Assembly (NCBI GenBank): GCA_964016885.1 | Contig: OZ024741.1 | Span: forward strand, 353,400,001-353,464,000 | Source: Eledone cirrhosa | Lineage: Eukaryota | Length of the DNA: 64,000 nt | Direction of reading: 5' to 3' | Shown here: in pieces, positions 1 through 13,131 of the stretch | How the letters are laid out: the number at the start of each line of letters is the position of its first letter | How positions within the stretch are numbered: position 1 is the stretch's first letter | The notes under the pieces: generated by a model | The model's database searches: none | What the model saw: the letters and a program-made list of their open reading frames with translations, nothing else | What the model was told of the DNA's origin: nothing | Made by a program: the position numbers and the translations under genes

Positions 1-804
1 CACTCAATACTGAATGAATAAGCTATGCATCATATACTTTATGTGTATAAAACATCTGGTGGAGAAATTCATATACATACATATATATACACACATACAA
101 ACACACACACGCAATCACACCCACATATATATATGTGTATGTATGTATGTATATTTATATATACATATATATATATATATATATAAATATATATGTATAA
201 ATATATATATATATATGTGTATATATACATATATATATTTATGTATATATACATACGCGCACACACATACACAGAAACACACACATACACACACATTCAC
301 ACATATATATATTCATATATATATGTATTTGTATATATATATATATATATACATACATACCTACATACATACATACATGTATTGACTACACTACACACGT
401 ATCGAATTTTTGAAAGGGAGAAAACAAAGTCCATTATATCGACCCTAGAAAATTATTGAAAAGATATTTTATCGATCCAGAAGGTATGAAATGAAAAAAA
501 AAATCGATTCCTGTATCATTTGAACTCCGATAGATGAAACTACATATTGCAAACCTCTATACTACTGTTTCTGTCGATAGAAGATCTTCGATATATCTCG
601 CTATTCTGGTGTCTTTGGACTAATTCTAAATCCATTTTTTTCTTTTTTTTGTGGCAGAGACTATTATAGAGAAAGTCGGATATAACATATCGATGGTTAT
701 TATTTTAGGGTTTCATCCTTACGGGGTCGATAAAATAACGTACCAGTAATGCACTGGGTGATTGCTGGCCTTGTGCCAAAAGTAGAAACAATTATTTTAG
801 GGTT

Positions 805-1025
805 TCCAAGGATTGGCAGTATCGGTAGAGAGTCGTCGGACACCATGCCTCACAGCATAGAGTTACGGCCCTTTACGGTCTGAGTTCAAATCCCGCCGAG
901 GTTAACTTTGCCTCTCATCCTTACCGGGTCGATAAAATAAAGCACCAGCAACGTACTGGGGTCGATTTAATCGACTTTCCCTTCCCCCAAATTACTGGCC
1001 TTGTGCCTATATTAGAAATCATTAA
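805..1025 (+). mobile_element. tRNA-derived SINE with Deu/Nin-type core (partial copy just upstream at ~710-800)
   Basis: Box A-like TGGCAGTATCGG, box B-like GAGTTCAAATCC, core CATCCTTACCGGGTCGATAAAATAAAG-ACCAG and tail GGCCTTGTGCC-AGAAA. The same sequence recurs at least 8 times in the window. Confidence 0.8.
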
Positions 1026-1127
1026 TTTAGGGTTTCCAGAACGTAGAGCCGGTGCAATTTGAACCAAGAATATTGAGCGATAAAAAAAAATATAACACAC
1101 ACAGAACACTGATCCACACACACACAC

Positions 1128-1195
<68 letters not shown>
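1128..1195. repeat. (GATA)n microsatellite
   Basis: Direct reading. Confidence 0.95.
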
Positions 1196-1260
1196 CGCGA
1201 GTGAAATCGAGTTTACCACATTTATAAGGATACTCAATACATTAGTAGAGTGTAAACAAT

Positions 1261-1300
1261 ATTCTGATGATTTCATACGAATGAAACAGATCTAGTCATG
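1261..1300 (+). ncRNA. Hammerhead-like motif, family A (degenerate)
   Basis: CTGATGA-TTTCATACGAAT-GAAA-CAGATCTA-GTC. Homologous to 44544-44578 and 2021-2051. Stem I is not evident. Confidence 0.5.
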
Positions 1301-1504
1301 TAGAAGCCATTTCTACATTAAATAATGATATATATTGTGTGTGTATGTATGAATATATGTAAATATGTATATATATATACAGATAAGTGATTTGCATTAA
1401 CGTATGTGTCAAGACATTGCCCTCAGTATCTATATATATTTGTGTGTGTATGTGTATTGATTTCCGACTTGAGCATAAAGCCAATAAATTATAGAATATA
1501 TAGT

Positions 1505-1620
1505 CGATTAAATTGACCTTAGTACAGATATGCTATCCTGTTTGTTTATTATATTGTTGGTCCTGGGAGATGAAAGGCAAAGACAACCATAAAAGATATG
1601 AACTCCAAACGTAGAGAGTT
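1505..1620 (-). mobile_element. Degenerate SINE copy
   Basis: GATGAAAGGCAAAG...TGAACTC is the reverse complement of the SINE core and box B. A similar remnant lies at ~465-530. Confidence 0.5.
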
Positions 1621-1745
1621 GAATCTAAACATTTTACAGTATATAGTGAGATCCTAGAGCACTAACTCTCTATTGGACACGACACATAAACACGTGTGTA
1701 TATAGCGCACACATGATCCTTCCCATTCTGTAAAAGTGGCACGAT

Positions 1746-1805
<60 letters not shown>

Positions 1806-1956
1806 AGAGAGAGGGGGGGAGCTATATGGGTGTTTGTATGTATGCATGTTTATAGAAGTGATCAAATAGATAGATAGATATTATACATAGAATGGTGTGG
1901 TTTGCAGGGAAAAGTTGCACCCATAGTCTTCTAAGAACCTATAAGCATATATATAT

Positions 1957-2144
1957 ATATTCAATATAGAAATGGCTTCTACAGGACTAGAAATGTTCCG
2001 AAGGAAATCATCGGGAAAGCCTGATTTCCTTCGAATGAAACAGTTCTAGTCCTGTAAAAGTCATTTCTATATTAAATATTGTATATACTCTACAATGTAT
2101 TGAGTACCTTACTTACTATGATTAACCCCGATTGAACGCGGGAT
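1957..2144 (+). mobile_element. Fold-back PLE-derived insert, family A (palindrome 1957-2080 + tail)
   Basis: AATATAGAAATGGCTTCTACAGGACTAGAA...TTCTAGTCCTGTAAAAGTCATTTCTATATT. The tail 2081-2144 matches the reverse complement of 42830-42890. Flanked by TA/CA tracts. Confidence 0.7.
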
Positions 2145-2156
2145 ACACACACACAT

Positions 2157-2194
<38 letters not shown>

Positions 2195-2892
2195 GTGTAT
2201 GTGGGGAGGTGTATGTATGTATGAATGTATAATTATTTTATTTCATTCATTCTATAGTTGCTATGTAATAACATTTTATACAGTCATATCATGACCTCTT
2301 TACATGGCTATCACTGGTGAAGAATAAAAAAGGAGGAGAACCAGAATAATAACGGTGTTTATCGGTGAGATCCGAATGGACAGCAATAGTCCATAACAAC
2401 ACCTGAAAATGACCCAACATAAACATATATTGAACCGATCAGAAATCCTATACACAATAACATCTATTACATAAACAGTCATACACATTACATTATCTAT
2501 AGACATACTCACTCATCTTTCTATTTGAATCAAAACACACAACACACAAACAAACATGCATATATACATATACACACACACATACACATATATATAGAGA
2601 GAGAGGGAGGTATAAATGAATGCATACATATACGTATATCTATGCGAGCATGTGTGTGTGTGTGTGTGTGCATATATATGAAGGCATATGCACAGACTGG
2701 AACGTCTATACAGACATATGTACATGAATCTGGCGTATACACATACATAGTCATGGGTATATATATATATACATGTGCACACACACACACACATATACAC
2801 ATATATATATATATATTTGTGTGTATGTGTGTGCGTATGTGTATATATATATATATATATATATACATATATATATGTATGTATGTATGAAT

Positions 2893-2938
<46 letters not shown>

Positions 2939-2984
2939 TATTTATGCATATACAAATGTATATATTTACATACATTTACAATCC

Positions 2985-3017
<33 letters not shown>

Positions 3018-3067
3018 TGTATATATGTGCGTTGATCAAGTTTGATAAAAGAATGTGCTATACTCAC

Positions 3068-3256
3068 AAATCCGCCGCTCCATATTGGCGAGACGCTGTG
3101 TGCTAACCATACTTCTGCCTTAATACTGGACACTACTCCGACACACACACTCACCAGTCCAACAAAGAAGTGAAGGCCAGAGAGGACGAATACACCCGTC
3201 TCAACCACCTTCACCATTTTCTGTGCCGTCTTGTCGGGGTCCTGATTCCAGGTCAT
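3068..3256 (-). CDS. Coding exon of a TMEM196-like / CD20(MS4A)-superfamily membrane protein (partial; gene continues leftward)
   Basis: MTWNQDPDKTAQKMVKVVETGVFVLSGLHFFVGLVSVCVGVVSSIKAEVWLAHSVSPIWSGGF: a hydrophobic helix followed by an SPIWSG motif as in CD20-like proteins. It ends at a perfect GTGAGT donor (3067-3062). The start codon is uncertain. Confidence 0.72.
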
Positions 3257-4974
3257 TCGTAGACTGGTGTTGGCAGACGATTTGTAAAAATGTACGTGAA
3301 AAACCAAAGAGGTTTTTACAAGCTAGGTTCTCAATGGGGAGGGATGTTGCGAGGGGGGTTATAAGAGGAATAACCAACTGTGGTTGTTTTAGTAGTGGCA
3401 GTATGAGGTAAAGATACTCTTAAGCAATTCTTCTTGGCATTAAAGCGGTCGTGCTGACCACGCTGGTTGGTACACACGGAAGCCCCCGTTAGGCCAAGCT
3501 TCTTCTCCGAAACCGACGCTCACACACATACACACACACACATATGTATTTATGTATGTATTACGGACACCGTTACTACGTCCGGCTTAATAATTGATAT
3601 CTGGGAATTTGAATGTGTGTTTATGTGAAAAGATCCATATACATACGTACATATATATAATATACACACATTCATATATATATATACCCTATAATATAAT
3701 ATAATATATATATATATGTGTATGTATATATGTGTGTGTTTGTATGTGTATATATAAGTGTGTGTGTGTCTTTCGGTATGTATATATATATATATATATA
3801 TGTATTTATGTGTGTGTGTGTATGTGTGTGTATGCGTGTGTCTATTTACATGTGTTTATAAATATATAGCTGTCTTCATGTCCGACACGTTCTTCGCGTG
3901 TGTATTTGTGTGCGGAAGAGCGAGAGAGCAAGAGGGAGAGAGAGCAAGAAGGAGAGAGGAGAGTGAGAGGGTGCGAGACAGTGACAAAGGCGGTGAGAGA
4001 GGGACAGAAAGAAATATACTAAGAAAGAGGGAGGGAGAGAGAGAGAGGTAGTAAATCCGTGTATGCAAGAGTCTGTCTGAATTTATGTATGCATATAAGA
4101 ATTGTAATTCAGTGTGTGAAGTGTGAGTCTGTGTTTATGTGAATGTATACGTATTTATCATATATGAGTTGTACATATGGTTCATGTTGATGTGTGTGCG
4201 TATATGTGTGTGTGCGCGGGCGTGTATGTACGTGTGTTTGTGTGTGTTTGTGTATGTTTGTTTATGTGTCTGTTTATGTCCGTAATGCAATGTTGGTGTG
4301 TTGCATAAACGTTTATGTGCATATACAAGGAACTGTATGTTTGTTAATGTAGATACGTATGTATGTGTAAGTGCCAGTGTGTGTGTGTAAATGCCAGTGT
4401 GTGTGTGTATGTGTGTATAAATAAATGTTAGTGTGTATGTGTGTATGTATATGCGTGTTCTACAACATTTACTATGACCAAGGGAAAGGATCTCCTCAAA
4501 GTGATTCGTATCCTTCAAAATATAACTCCTTCGTAATTTTTCTTATTCGTTTTTGCGTTACTTTTGAATGTTTTCTCTATTTATTGTTCTTGTTATTCAC
4601 ATTGACGTCGTTGGGGTTCTGCAAGAGCTGCTTTTTTCCCCCATTTATTTAGTACCAATATTGTTTAACATTGAAAGCATTATGGTAGTTATTATTATCG
4701 TTATCATTATTATTATTGTCGTTGTTGGGTGTTGTCGCCTTCGTCGTTGTCGTCGTCGTTGTTAGCGTTGTCTTTGTCGTCATTGATGCTCTTGTTGTTG
4801 TCGTTGTTGGTAGTCTTTGCTGTTGTTTATGTTGTTGCTGTTACTGGAAAAAAAAACAAGTAACGACAACTACGATAGTGTGCTGAATGTCGGAAGTTAC
4901 GGTAGATCCGACTCTCAACCAGAGCAGATGCGAGACGAATAACTAGTAACACTATACACATACGCACGCGCACG

Positions 4975-5017
<43 letters not shown>

Positions 5018-5035
5018 ATACAAAGATATATATAC

Positions 5036-5091
<56 letters not shown>

Positions 5092-5261
5092 GTATCTCTC
5101 TCTCTATGTATGTATGTATGTATGTATGTATATCTTTATAGCGTATTGTGCATGTTTAGTATATATATATATAACGGAGCAGACTTATAGATTCGTTCAA
5201 ACAACTCTACGCTTATTTCTATTTTTCATTCGGCGTTATTCGTTTAGATATATATATGTAG

Positions 5262-5415
<154 letters not shown>

Positions 5416-5651
5416 TATATATACACACACACACATATATATATATAATATATATACATACGAATTTTTTTAATATTTCCTTTTGTGTGTATTTGTTTAA
5501 ACATATTCCTTTTAATATTTGTATTATTTGACGAAAATCTGTAGGTATGTTTTCTATTGTATGTTTTCTATTGATATATATGTATAGGCATGTCTGTTTT
5601 GAGGCGTTTCTCGTGTGTATATAAACATACATATATGTATATTGTGTGTAT

Positions 5652-5712
<61 letters not shown>

Positions 5713-6140
5713 CATATATACATACATATATACATACATATATATATATACATGCATACATCTGTTATTCGTAGTACTTTTTCTGTGAGTGTGTTTTATT
5801 AATATATTTGTATCGGCATGTTATTTTGGGGGGTTATAGTTCTTCTTTTCACTTGTGGAGTTTCGTTTTTCGTTCGTGTTCTATTTAAAAGTAAAAGTGA
5901 AAGTAGCGGTGAATAATCACTGGCGGCGAGAAAGGTATAGAGAAATGGTGTTAGGCCAACTACCGACGAACAGAAATAAATATAGTCGTCTGCAGTAGTC
6001 AATGGCTAAAACTAAGGTTTTTCAACTTAACTTCGTTTGTAACTTGACAGATACGATATATGTATAAATATGTATAAATATTTATATTTATGTGTGTGTG
6101 TGTGTGTGCGTATATTTATATATATATATATATGTATATA

Positions 6141-6195
<55 letters not shown>

Positions 6196-6200
<5 letters not shown>

Positions 6201-6385
6201 AACGAGTAGGACCCCGACGGCTGAGCTCAAGCCGTTTCGACGGCTAATTCTCCAGAATTAGCCGTCGAAACGGCTTGAGCTCAGCCGTCGGGGTCCTACT
6301 CGGTCCTATTACCCACTCTACTACTCTAAGTATTGAGTACTTTGGTGCGTTATGGTCCACCTGGTTCCTTACCACATTTCCTTCG

Positions 6386-6388
<3 letters not shown>
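6196..6388 (+). mobile_element. Fold-back insert, family B (palindrome 6196-6309 + tail)
   Basis: Near-perfect palindrome centred at 6252/6253, containing GAAA-CGGC-TTGAGCTCA-GCCG-TC-GGGGT. Tail ACCCACTCTACTAC...CCTTCGTTA. (TA)n on both sides. Confidence 0.8.
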
Positions 6389-6426
<38 letters not shown>

Positions 6427-6582
6427 TATATATTATATACAAACATACACACACACACATATATGTATATATGCACGTATGTATAAATATATATATATAT
6501 ATACATACACACACACGCACATATATATATATGTACGTATGTATATATATATGTATATATATATACATGTGTGTGTGTGTAC

Positions 6583-6628
<46 letters not shown>

Positions 6629-6660
6629 GTATGTACACACACACACACACACACACACAT

Positions 6661-6719
<59 letters not shown>

Positions 6720-6825
6720 TATATACGTACACAGTCAACAAGCACGCATATACAAGCACACAAATATACGAAGATATAGGTAGGTAGGTCGGTCGATCAG
6801 TTTGATAGATATGCTGAGAGGCGAA

Positions 6826-7117
6826 TAGATAGAGACATAGATAGTCTAAGGTGAGAGGAAGCGGGACGACAGGCAGAGAAGATAGGGAGGTGGATAGATA
6901 GAGACATAGATAGTCTAAGGTGAGAGGAAGCGGGACGACAGGCAGAGAAGATAGGGAGGTGGATAGATAGAGACATAGATAGTCTAAGGTGAGAGGAAGC
7001 GGGACGACAGGCAGAGAAGATAGGGAGGTGGATAGATAGAGACATAGATAGTCTAAGGTGAGAGGAAGCGGGACGACAGGCAGAGAAGATAGGGAGGTGG
7101 ATAGATAGAGACATAGA
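6826..7117. repeat. 69-bp minisatellite, ~4.2 near-identical copies
   Basis: GATAGATAGAGACATAGATAGTCTAAGGTGAGAGGAAGCGGGACGACAGGCAGAGAAGATAGGGAGGTG repeated; 23-aa periodicity in the ORF track. Confidence 0.95.
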
Positions 7118-7195
7118 TTGATTATTGATAGATAGACAGATAGACAGATAGATCGATAGATAGACAGACAGATAGATAGATAAGGAAATAGAGAG

Positions 7196-7251
<56 letters not shown>

Positions 7252-7254
<3 letters not shown>

Positions 7255-7613
7255 TATTAAGTTGTTAAACAATATTCAATGATTATGTCAAAGAATGAGT
7301 TTTACAGTAGATTGGAAGCACTCAACGTAAATAATTTTCAGGAGTTATTAATATTAAAATATAGGTATTAATAAAATAGATGTTCTTTTGATCAATTACA
7401 TTTTATTATACGTATTTCGGATGTACAACAGTACGTCCTCATCAGACAAATTATAATGATACATGACTACCTTGATTAAATCTTAATTATTTAACATCTC
7501 AGGGTATGTCATGTATCATTATATTTTGTCTGATGAGGACGTACTGTTGTACATCCGAAATATGTATAATAACATGTAATTGATCAAAAGAACATCTATT
7601 TTATTAATACTTA

Positions 7614-7618
<5 letters not shown>
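7252..7618 (-). mobile_element. Fold-back insert with paired hammerheads (tail 7252-7356, arms 7357-7472 / 7502-7618)
   Basis: ~115-bp inverted arms with a ~30-bp spacer, between two long (TA)n tracts. Confidence 0.8.
7524..7574 (+). ncRNA. Type I hammerhead ribozyme motif (inverted copy on minus strand at ~7402-7452)
   Basis: TTTGT-CTGATGA-GGACGTAC tgtt GTACATCC-GAAA-TATGTA-TA. The minus copy has GAAA-TACGTA-TA, with a palindromic stem III loop. Confidence 0.75.
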
Positions 7619-7690
<72 letters not shown>

Positions 7691-7724
7691 GGACACGATA
7701 GTTCGACCTAGGTGAAACAATAAT

Positions 7725-8615
7725 CAACACTACCAACGCCGCCGCACCTGCCGTTGACTCCACCACCGCCTGCCGCACCGCCGCACCTGCCGTTGACTCC
7801 ACCACCGCCTCTAGCGCCGTCGTCATCAGCTTGACTGTATTTCTCCTCCACTGCTGTCTCACTCCCACCGTTACCACCACCATCACCGATCTCGGCTTCC
7901 TTTAGCAACCGTTGCAACAACTGCAGCGGCAGTAGGTGCTACCCCACACCACCGCATTTAGCTCTAGTAGAAAGCACCACCGCCACCACCACCGCTATTA
8001 AACCACACCATCGCCTATCGCTACAGTCGACACCGGCCCCACCACTCAGCGTTGCTGTCGACGCCGTCCTCATCACCGCTATCAAACCACCACCGCCTGC
8101 CGCTGCTGTAGCCACCACCGTTAATGCCGCCAGCACCACCACCACCACCACCACCACCAAAACTGCTGCTGCTGCTGCTGCTACTGCCTTGATGGAGATC
8201 AATAGCAATCAGAAACAACCCTACCATCAACACCGCCAACACTACCACCGCCATCATCACAACCACCGCCAACACTTTCAGCGCCGCCACCCCCACAAAC
8301 CACCACCATCACCGCCGCCGCGCCGTCGCCTTAACAAATATCATTTACGTTATAACACTGTCACTACGATCGCAATCACCAGCCCACAACCTTCGACAAT
8401 GCAAGCTATCAGCACCACCACCACCACCGCCACCACCGCCACCACCACCACCACCACCACCACCGCCGCCGCCAACACCATCATTACTATCAGCAGCACC
8501 ATCATTATAACTTCAAAAAGCGCCTTATTACCATCACCATCACCATCACCATCACCATCAATACCAGCTACACGGCAACCACACTATCATCATTATCAAT
8601 GTAATCACCACTGAC
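7725..8615. repeat. Low-complexity (CAC/GCC/CAT)-rich degenerate trinucleotide tract
   Basis: Runs of ACC/GCC/GCT/CCATCA and a short internal duplication at 7739-7810. Confidence 0.8.
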
Positions 8616-8665
8616 GACACAACTACAGCTGATGTATTCAATATGTGCAAATGTGTGTGTGTGTG

Positions 8666-8722
<57 letters not shown>

Positions 8723-8838
8723 CTATTACTGTATAATTAATATATAGAAATAAATATGTACACACATACATACTTACAGTGATGTGCGTGTATATGTACA
8801 ATCACAAACACAGGCCCATGGCCATGAATATATATATA

Positions 8839-8881
<43 letters not shown>

Positions 8882-9332
8882 GAGAGAGGACAGGGACAGA
8901 TAGACAGATAGATAGATAGATGTCTCGGAATCGAGGAGAACCGAATCGTGTCGAGCGGAGCCGAGCTGAACGAAGCCGAGCCGATCACAGGCGAGCAACA
9001 AATAGTTTAATATCAGTGACAGATGCAATGTGTGCATTAATGCAGCTCGGCAGCAGCGTGCAGTAACGACATAACGGTAGTCAGCTGCACCAGCCTTAAG
9101 AGTTGTAACAACAGATTGCTGCTGGGAGTGGATATTGAAATATCGAAAAAAGAAATGATGCTCTTATCCAAACAAATATGAATATTTATTGTATGATATT
9201 TTTCGGACTTTTGGTCGCCTTCATAGATTGAGGAGAGGGGGTGACTGAGGGATGAATGGGATTAGTACACATACAGAGAGAGAGAGAGAAAGAGAGTAGG
9301 GAATTACATAGATGGTTAGATAAATACATACA

Positions 9333-10434
9333 TCTATATATATATAAAACTGAGGATGTATGTCTGTGTGTGTGTGAGTTTGAATCCCTAAAACTCGCGA
9401 AGCACCCAACCGACTGTTTTCAAACTTTACACATGTAATACTTATGTTTCAGAGAGTGTTCTGAGCAAAAAACATTTCAAATTTTCAATGCCCCAGTGAC
9501 GGCATTAGGCGATTTAGCGATATCTCTCTATAATTCTTAGTCTTTCTCTTTTTAGATAGATACATACATATAACGTCGCGCCCTTATAATATCTGTCTGT
9601 ATGTCTGCATTACGCCACCTCCCACAATTCCATCTGCGTCCAGAACGCGCCCTTATAATATCTGTCTGTATGTCTGGCTGTCTGCTGCCTCCGGTTATTC
9701 TGCCACCCTTGCTCAAGACAAATCTCACACTCATTCCCCAAACAGTTGGTAAGTGCACACAACTTCTTCCTCACGTTTTAAGCCACAGTGTTGCTTACTT
9801 ACGTACCACCAGACCCTTACTTCTTTGCCAGCCGTGGTTGTGGCAATACTATGCTTAGCTAAGGTGGTTATATATTTCACACAAGACTAAAAATGAAAGC
9901 CGGTAACTATGTATTAGTCAGTCTCTTCTTCATACCGTGAGCAAAGAAAATCAAACTTTTAGTGGAATACTAATTGCATCAGAGTATTCGGTTTATTTTC
10001 TTTACATATTGTCCAGGCATGCAGTGTTCCGACGATTAGGTCTGTTGGCGGCTCGCGTTATGTTTCAGGGAGTGTTATGCACATAAAAAGTTCAACTTTT
10101 TGATTCCTTAGGGCCCGCAATAGGTGAAAAACTCCGTTTTTTCAGCTTCTTGGGGTATTTTGAAGCGTTACGTCTAGCCGATTTTCCCGAAATTTCAAGG
10201 CATATTATGCACATAAAAAAATTCCTTTTCTTGATGCCCTAGGGCCCGCATTAGGTGAAAACCTACATTTTTCCTGCATCATCGAGGAAAATCTTAAAGA
10301 TTATCCAGCCATCAGAATATTCGGTTTATTTTCTTTACATATTGTCGAGGCATGCAGTTTTTCCACGATTACGTCTGTTGGCGGCCAGCGTTCCAAAATA
10401 CCTTACCCCGTGCAACGTGGGGTACCACTGCTAG
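9333..10434 (+). mobile_element. Non-autonomous Helitron-like element
   Basis: Starts A|TCTATATATATATAAAACTG. Ends with hairpin TACCCC-GTGCAACGT-GGGGTA, then CCACTG-CTAG|T. Inserted between A and T with no TSD. Internal direct repeats at ~9978-10052/10311-10385 and ~10075-10140/10205-10270. Confidence 0.75.
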
Positions 10435-10646
10435 TAATATATACGCACACATATATGAATAAATATGTACAAACTCTCTGTCTGTGTACTAATCCCACTC
10501 ATCCCTTAGTCACTCCCTCTCTTCAATCTATGAAGGCGACCAAAAGTCCCCCACCCCTCACTCTCAAGCGTGAAACTAATATTAACATTTGTACTGCTTC
10601 TTCGCTTCCACGTTTTTTTGTTTTTTGCTTTCTGTTTACTGTCTCA

Positions 10647-10698
<52 letters not shown>

Positions 10699-10782
10699 TT
10701 TATAAATATTTGCTCTACGGTTCTTATATATTTGATATATAGTCATCCTTATCGAGCCCTCTTTGGATTTTAGTCTTCAAAT

Positions 10783-10825
<43 letters not shown>

Positions 10826-11048
10826 TTTCGTTTCTGAATTTGTTTAGCAAGATTCTTTATCTGAAATCGTGTGTTGAAACCGATATTGTTATACTTTGGG
10901 AGGGTCATGTTGCCAATAAGAAATACACGCACCAGTTGCTTTCACTTCAATTTATTATATATTTATAAATTTATAAATTTACAAATCTACAATTTTATAA
11001 ATTTCTGGTTGGTTGGTTGGTTGCACAACCAGATAGTTGTTTATATAT

Positions 11049-11093
11049 AGTCATAGTCCTTTCGTCACACACTCTGTGACCTCTTCAGTGACT
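11049..11093 (-). ncRNA. Type I hammerhead ribozyme in the PLE 3' UTR / pLTR
   Basis: Sense strand AGTCA-CTGAAGA-G-GTCACA gagtg TGTGAC-GAAA-GGAC-TA-TGACT: stem I AGTCA/TGACT, canonical core, minimal stem III, CUA site. Confidence 0.8.
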
Positions 11094-11297
11094 GGGGATT
11101 CCTTTCTTTGTTTCTGTGCCCTTCCTTTGTTCTGTCCTACGCCATTTTGTTTCTGTGTGTGTGTTGTGTGCTCAGTTTGCGCATGCGCCACATCCGGGTG
11201 TCTGTGTGTGTTTGTGTTCATTTATCTATTTGTTTATTTATTTACATGTTATTGGTTGGTTGTTTGTTCTATGTGTGTGTGTGTTTTCATTTTGTCC

Positions 11298-12847
11298 TTA
11301 ATTGTAAGTTGTGATGTTGCTGTTCCACTCATATTTTCTATTTAATTTTGGTTGTAATTCTTTTATGTTTATTGCCTCTGTAATTTGTCTAAACATTGCA
11401 TCTTTTCTGTGTGTAGATTCTATTTTTATTTCTATGTTCTCTAATTTACCCTTGTGTTCTATCTTAGCATGTTGGTAGAGTACAGATGATTCTTTATTAT
11501 CTTGAAGGTCTCGCCAGTGTTCATTTATCCGTTCCCCTATACTACGATCTGTCTCACCTATGTACACTATATTTTTGTTTCTACATTGTCCTTCAGTACA
11601 TCTTATGCTATACACTACATTTCTAGTTTTACAGTTAATATGGGGGCTTATTTTACAGGTTATACATTTCTTATCTATACATGAGGGTCTTTGGAACGGG
11701 TATGTCTTGCTAATAAGTGTTTTTACGGAGGTACCTGGTCTTTCTACTATCTTAATATTGAGTTTATGTTTATTTAGGGCCCTTCTAAATTTGTAGGCTA
11801 GTTCGCCTCTAGGGGTTGTATCGATGAACATTACACTCTGGTATTTATTGCTATCATACCATGAGTTTATTCTATTGGCCTTGTTCCTAGTTCTTTCTAT
11901 TCTATTCCAAAATTTGCTCCTATACAAGGGGCAGGTCCCATTTATGTCATTATTTACCATTTTTTCCCATTTGGTTCTGGCTCCTCTATACACTCTGATT
12001 CTATCTCTCTGATTGTAGCCAGAGAACTGCATACGGTGGATGAAGTGTTGTATGTGTCTCTCTAGTTCTTCGGGGTTGCACATGCGGGACACATTTCTCA
12101 TCACCCGTACCAAATCCGCAATCAGTATGTTGATTTTGGTATAGTCCGAAATGGCCGAGTTTCGGTGGATCAGATGTTTGGAAGTCATGGGTTTGGCATA
12201 ATGGGAATGGAGGATTTGTTTTTGGTTGTTAATGGTATCAAACCAAAGCTCTGTGTCTAGTACAGGTAATCGATGGTTGGGGTGTCTACTTGGGTAGTCT
12301 ATAGTAACTCTAATGCTCTGGTGGATGGAGTTTGCTATTTGCTGGATGCTTTCCATTGTGTTTTTCTCTAGTTCCTGACTGTTCTCTAGTGGGGGTGTCT
12401 TAATTACGATGTTTATATCATCTACGTAGCGGGAGTACATTATCAGGGTTAAGCTGTCTTCTAATTGTTCTTTAAGTTTAAGTTTAAGTCTACTGTCCCA
12501 CCATACCATGAATAAGTTAGCTATGTCGCCTGCAATGCTAACACCAATGGCTGCTCCTTCCTCTTGGGCATATGTTTTTCCATTAAATTTGAACATATGT
12601 TCCTTAAGGGTTAGTTTTATGCTGGCCCCTACCGCATGTGCAATCATTTTCTTCAGTTCATCGTGGTTTTCGGGTGTCCGTATGGCTCTGGTCCACCCGT
12701 TCCATCTATCTGTGTGGGTTTTCTTGGCCATTGAGGTAATGGTAGGTGGTCTGCCTCTTGCTGGTCTTGTAGGGCACAGGTTACTAAGGTCATATGTGTC
12801 TAGGTAACTATTACTATGGGTAAGCTTAAGTGGAAGTCCCAGCTCAC
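11298..12847 (-). CDS. PLE reverse transcriptase (C-terminal part) + Cys-rich linker + GIY-YIG endonuclease; uninterrupted but lacks the N-terminus
   Basis: FKFNGKTYAQEEGAAIG (RT motif B), YSRYVDD (motif C), LPVLD, YAKP, linker CIDKKCITC, NVVYSIRC...VYIGETDRSIGERINEH and R-EA-I...PKLN. The first ~22 aa of the track ORF come from the inverted arm. Confidence 0.93.
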
Positions 12848-12928
12848 TGAGCACACAACGCACACACAGAAACAAAATGGCGTAGGACAGAAGAAAGGAA
12901 GGGCACAGAAACAAAGAAAGGAATCCCC

Positions 12929-12973
12929 AGTCACTGAAGAGGTCACAGAGTGTGTGACGAAAGGACTATGACT
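12929..12973 (+). ncRNA. Hammerhead ribozyme, inverted-arm copy
   Basis: Reverse complement of 11049-11093. Confidence 0.8.
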
Positions 12974-13131
12974 ATATATAAACAACTATCTGGTTGTGGA
13001 ACCAACCAACCAACCAGAAATTTAAAAATTTGTAGATTTGTAAATTTATAAATTTATATATATATAATAAATTGAAGTGAAAGCAACTGGTGCGTGTGTT
13101 TCTTATTGGCAACATGACCCTCCCAAAGTAT

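Noticed and set aside
6433-7272. 279-aa ORF with 23-aa repeats
   Set aside because: A 69-bp minisatellite plus microsatellites; no evidence of coding.
7617-8614. His/Pro/Thr-rich or Val/Ala-rich ORFs
   Set aside because: Degenerate trinucleotide repeat that is open in several frames on both strands; no domain or clear splice signals.
12848-12914. N-terminus MFLCPSFLLS... of the 538-aa ORF
   Set aside because: It is the antisense 3' UTR in the inverted arm, fused in frame by chance.
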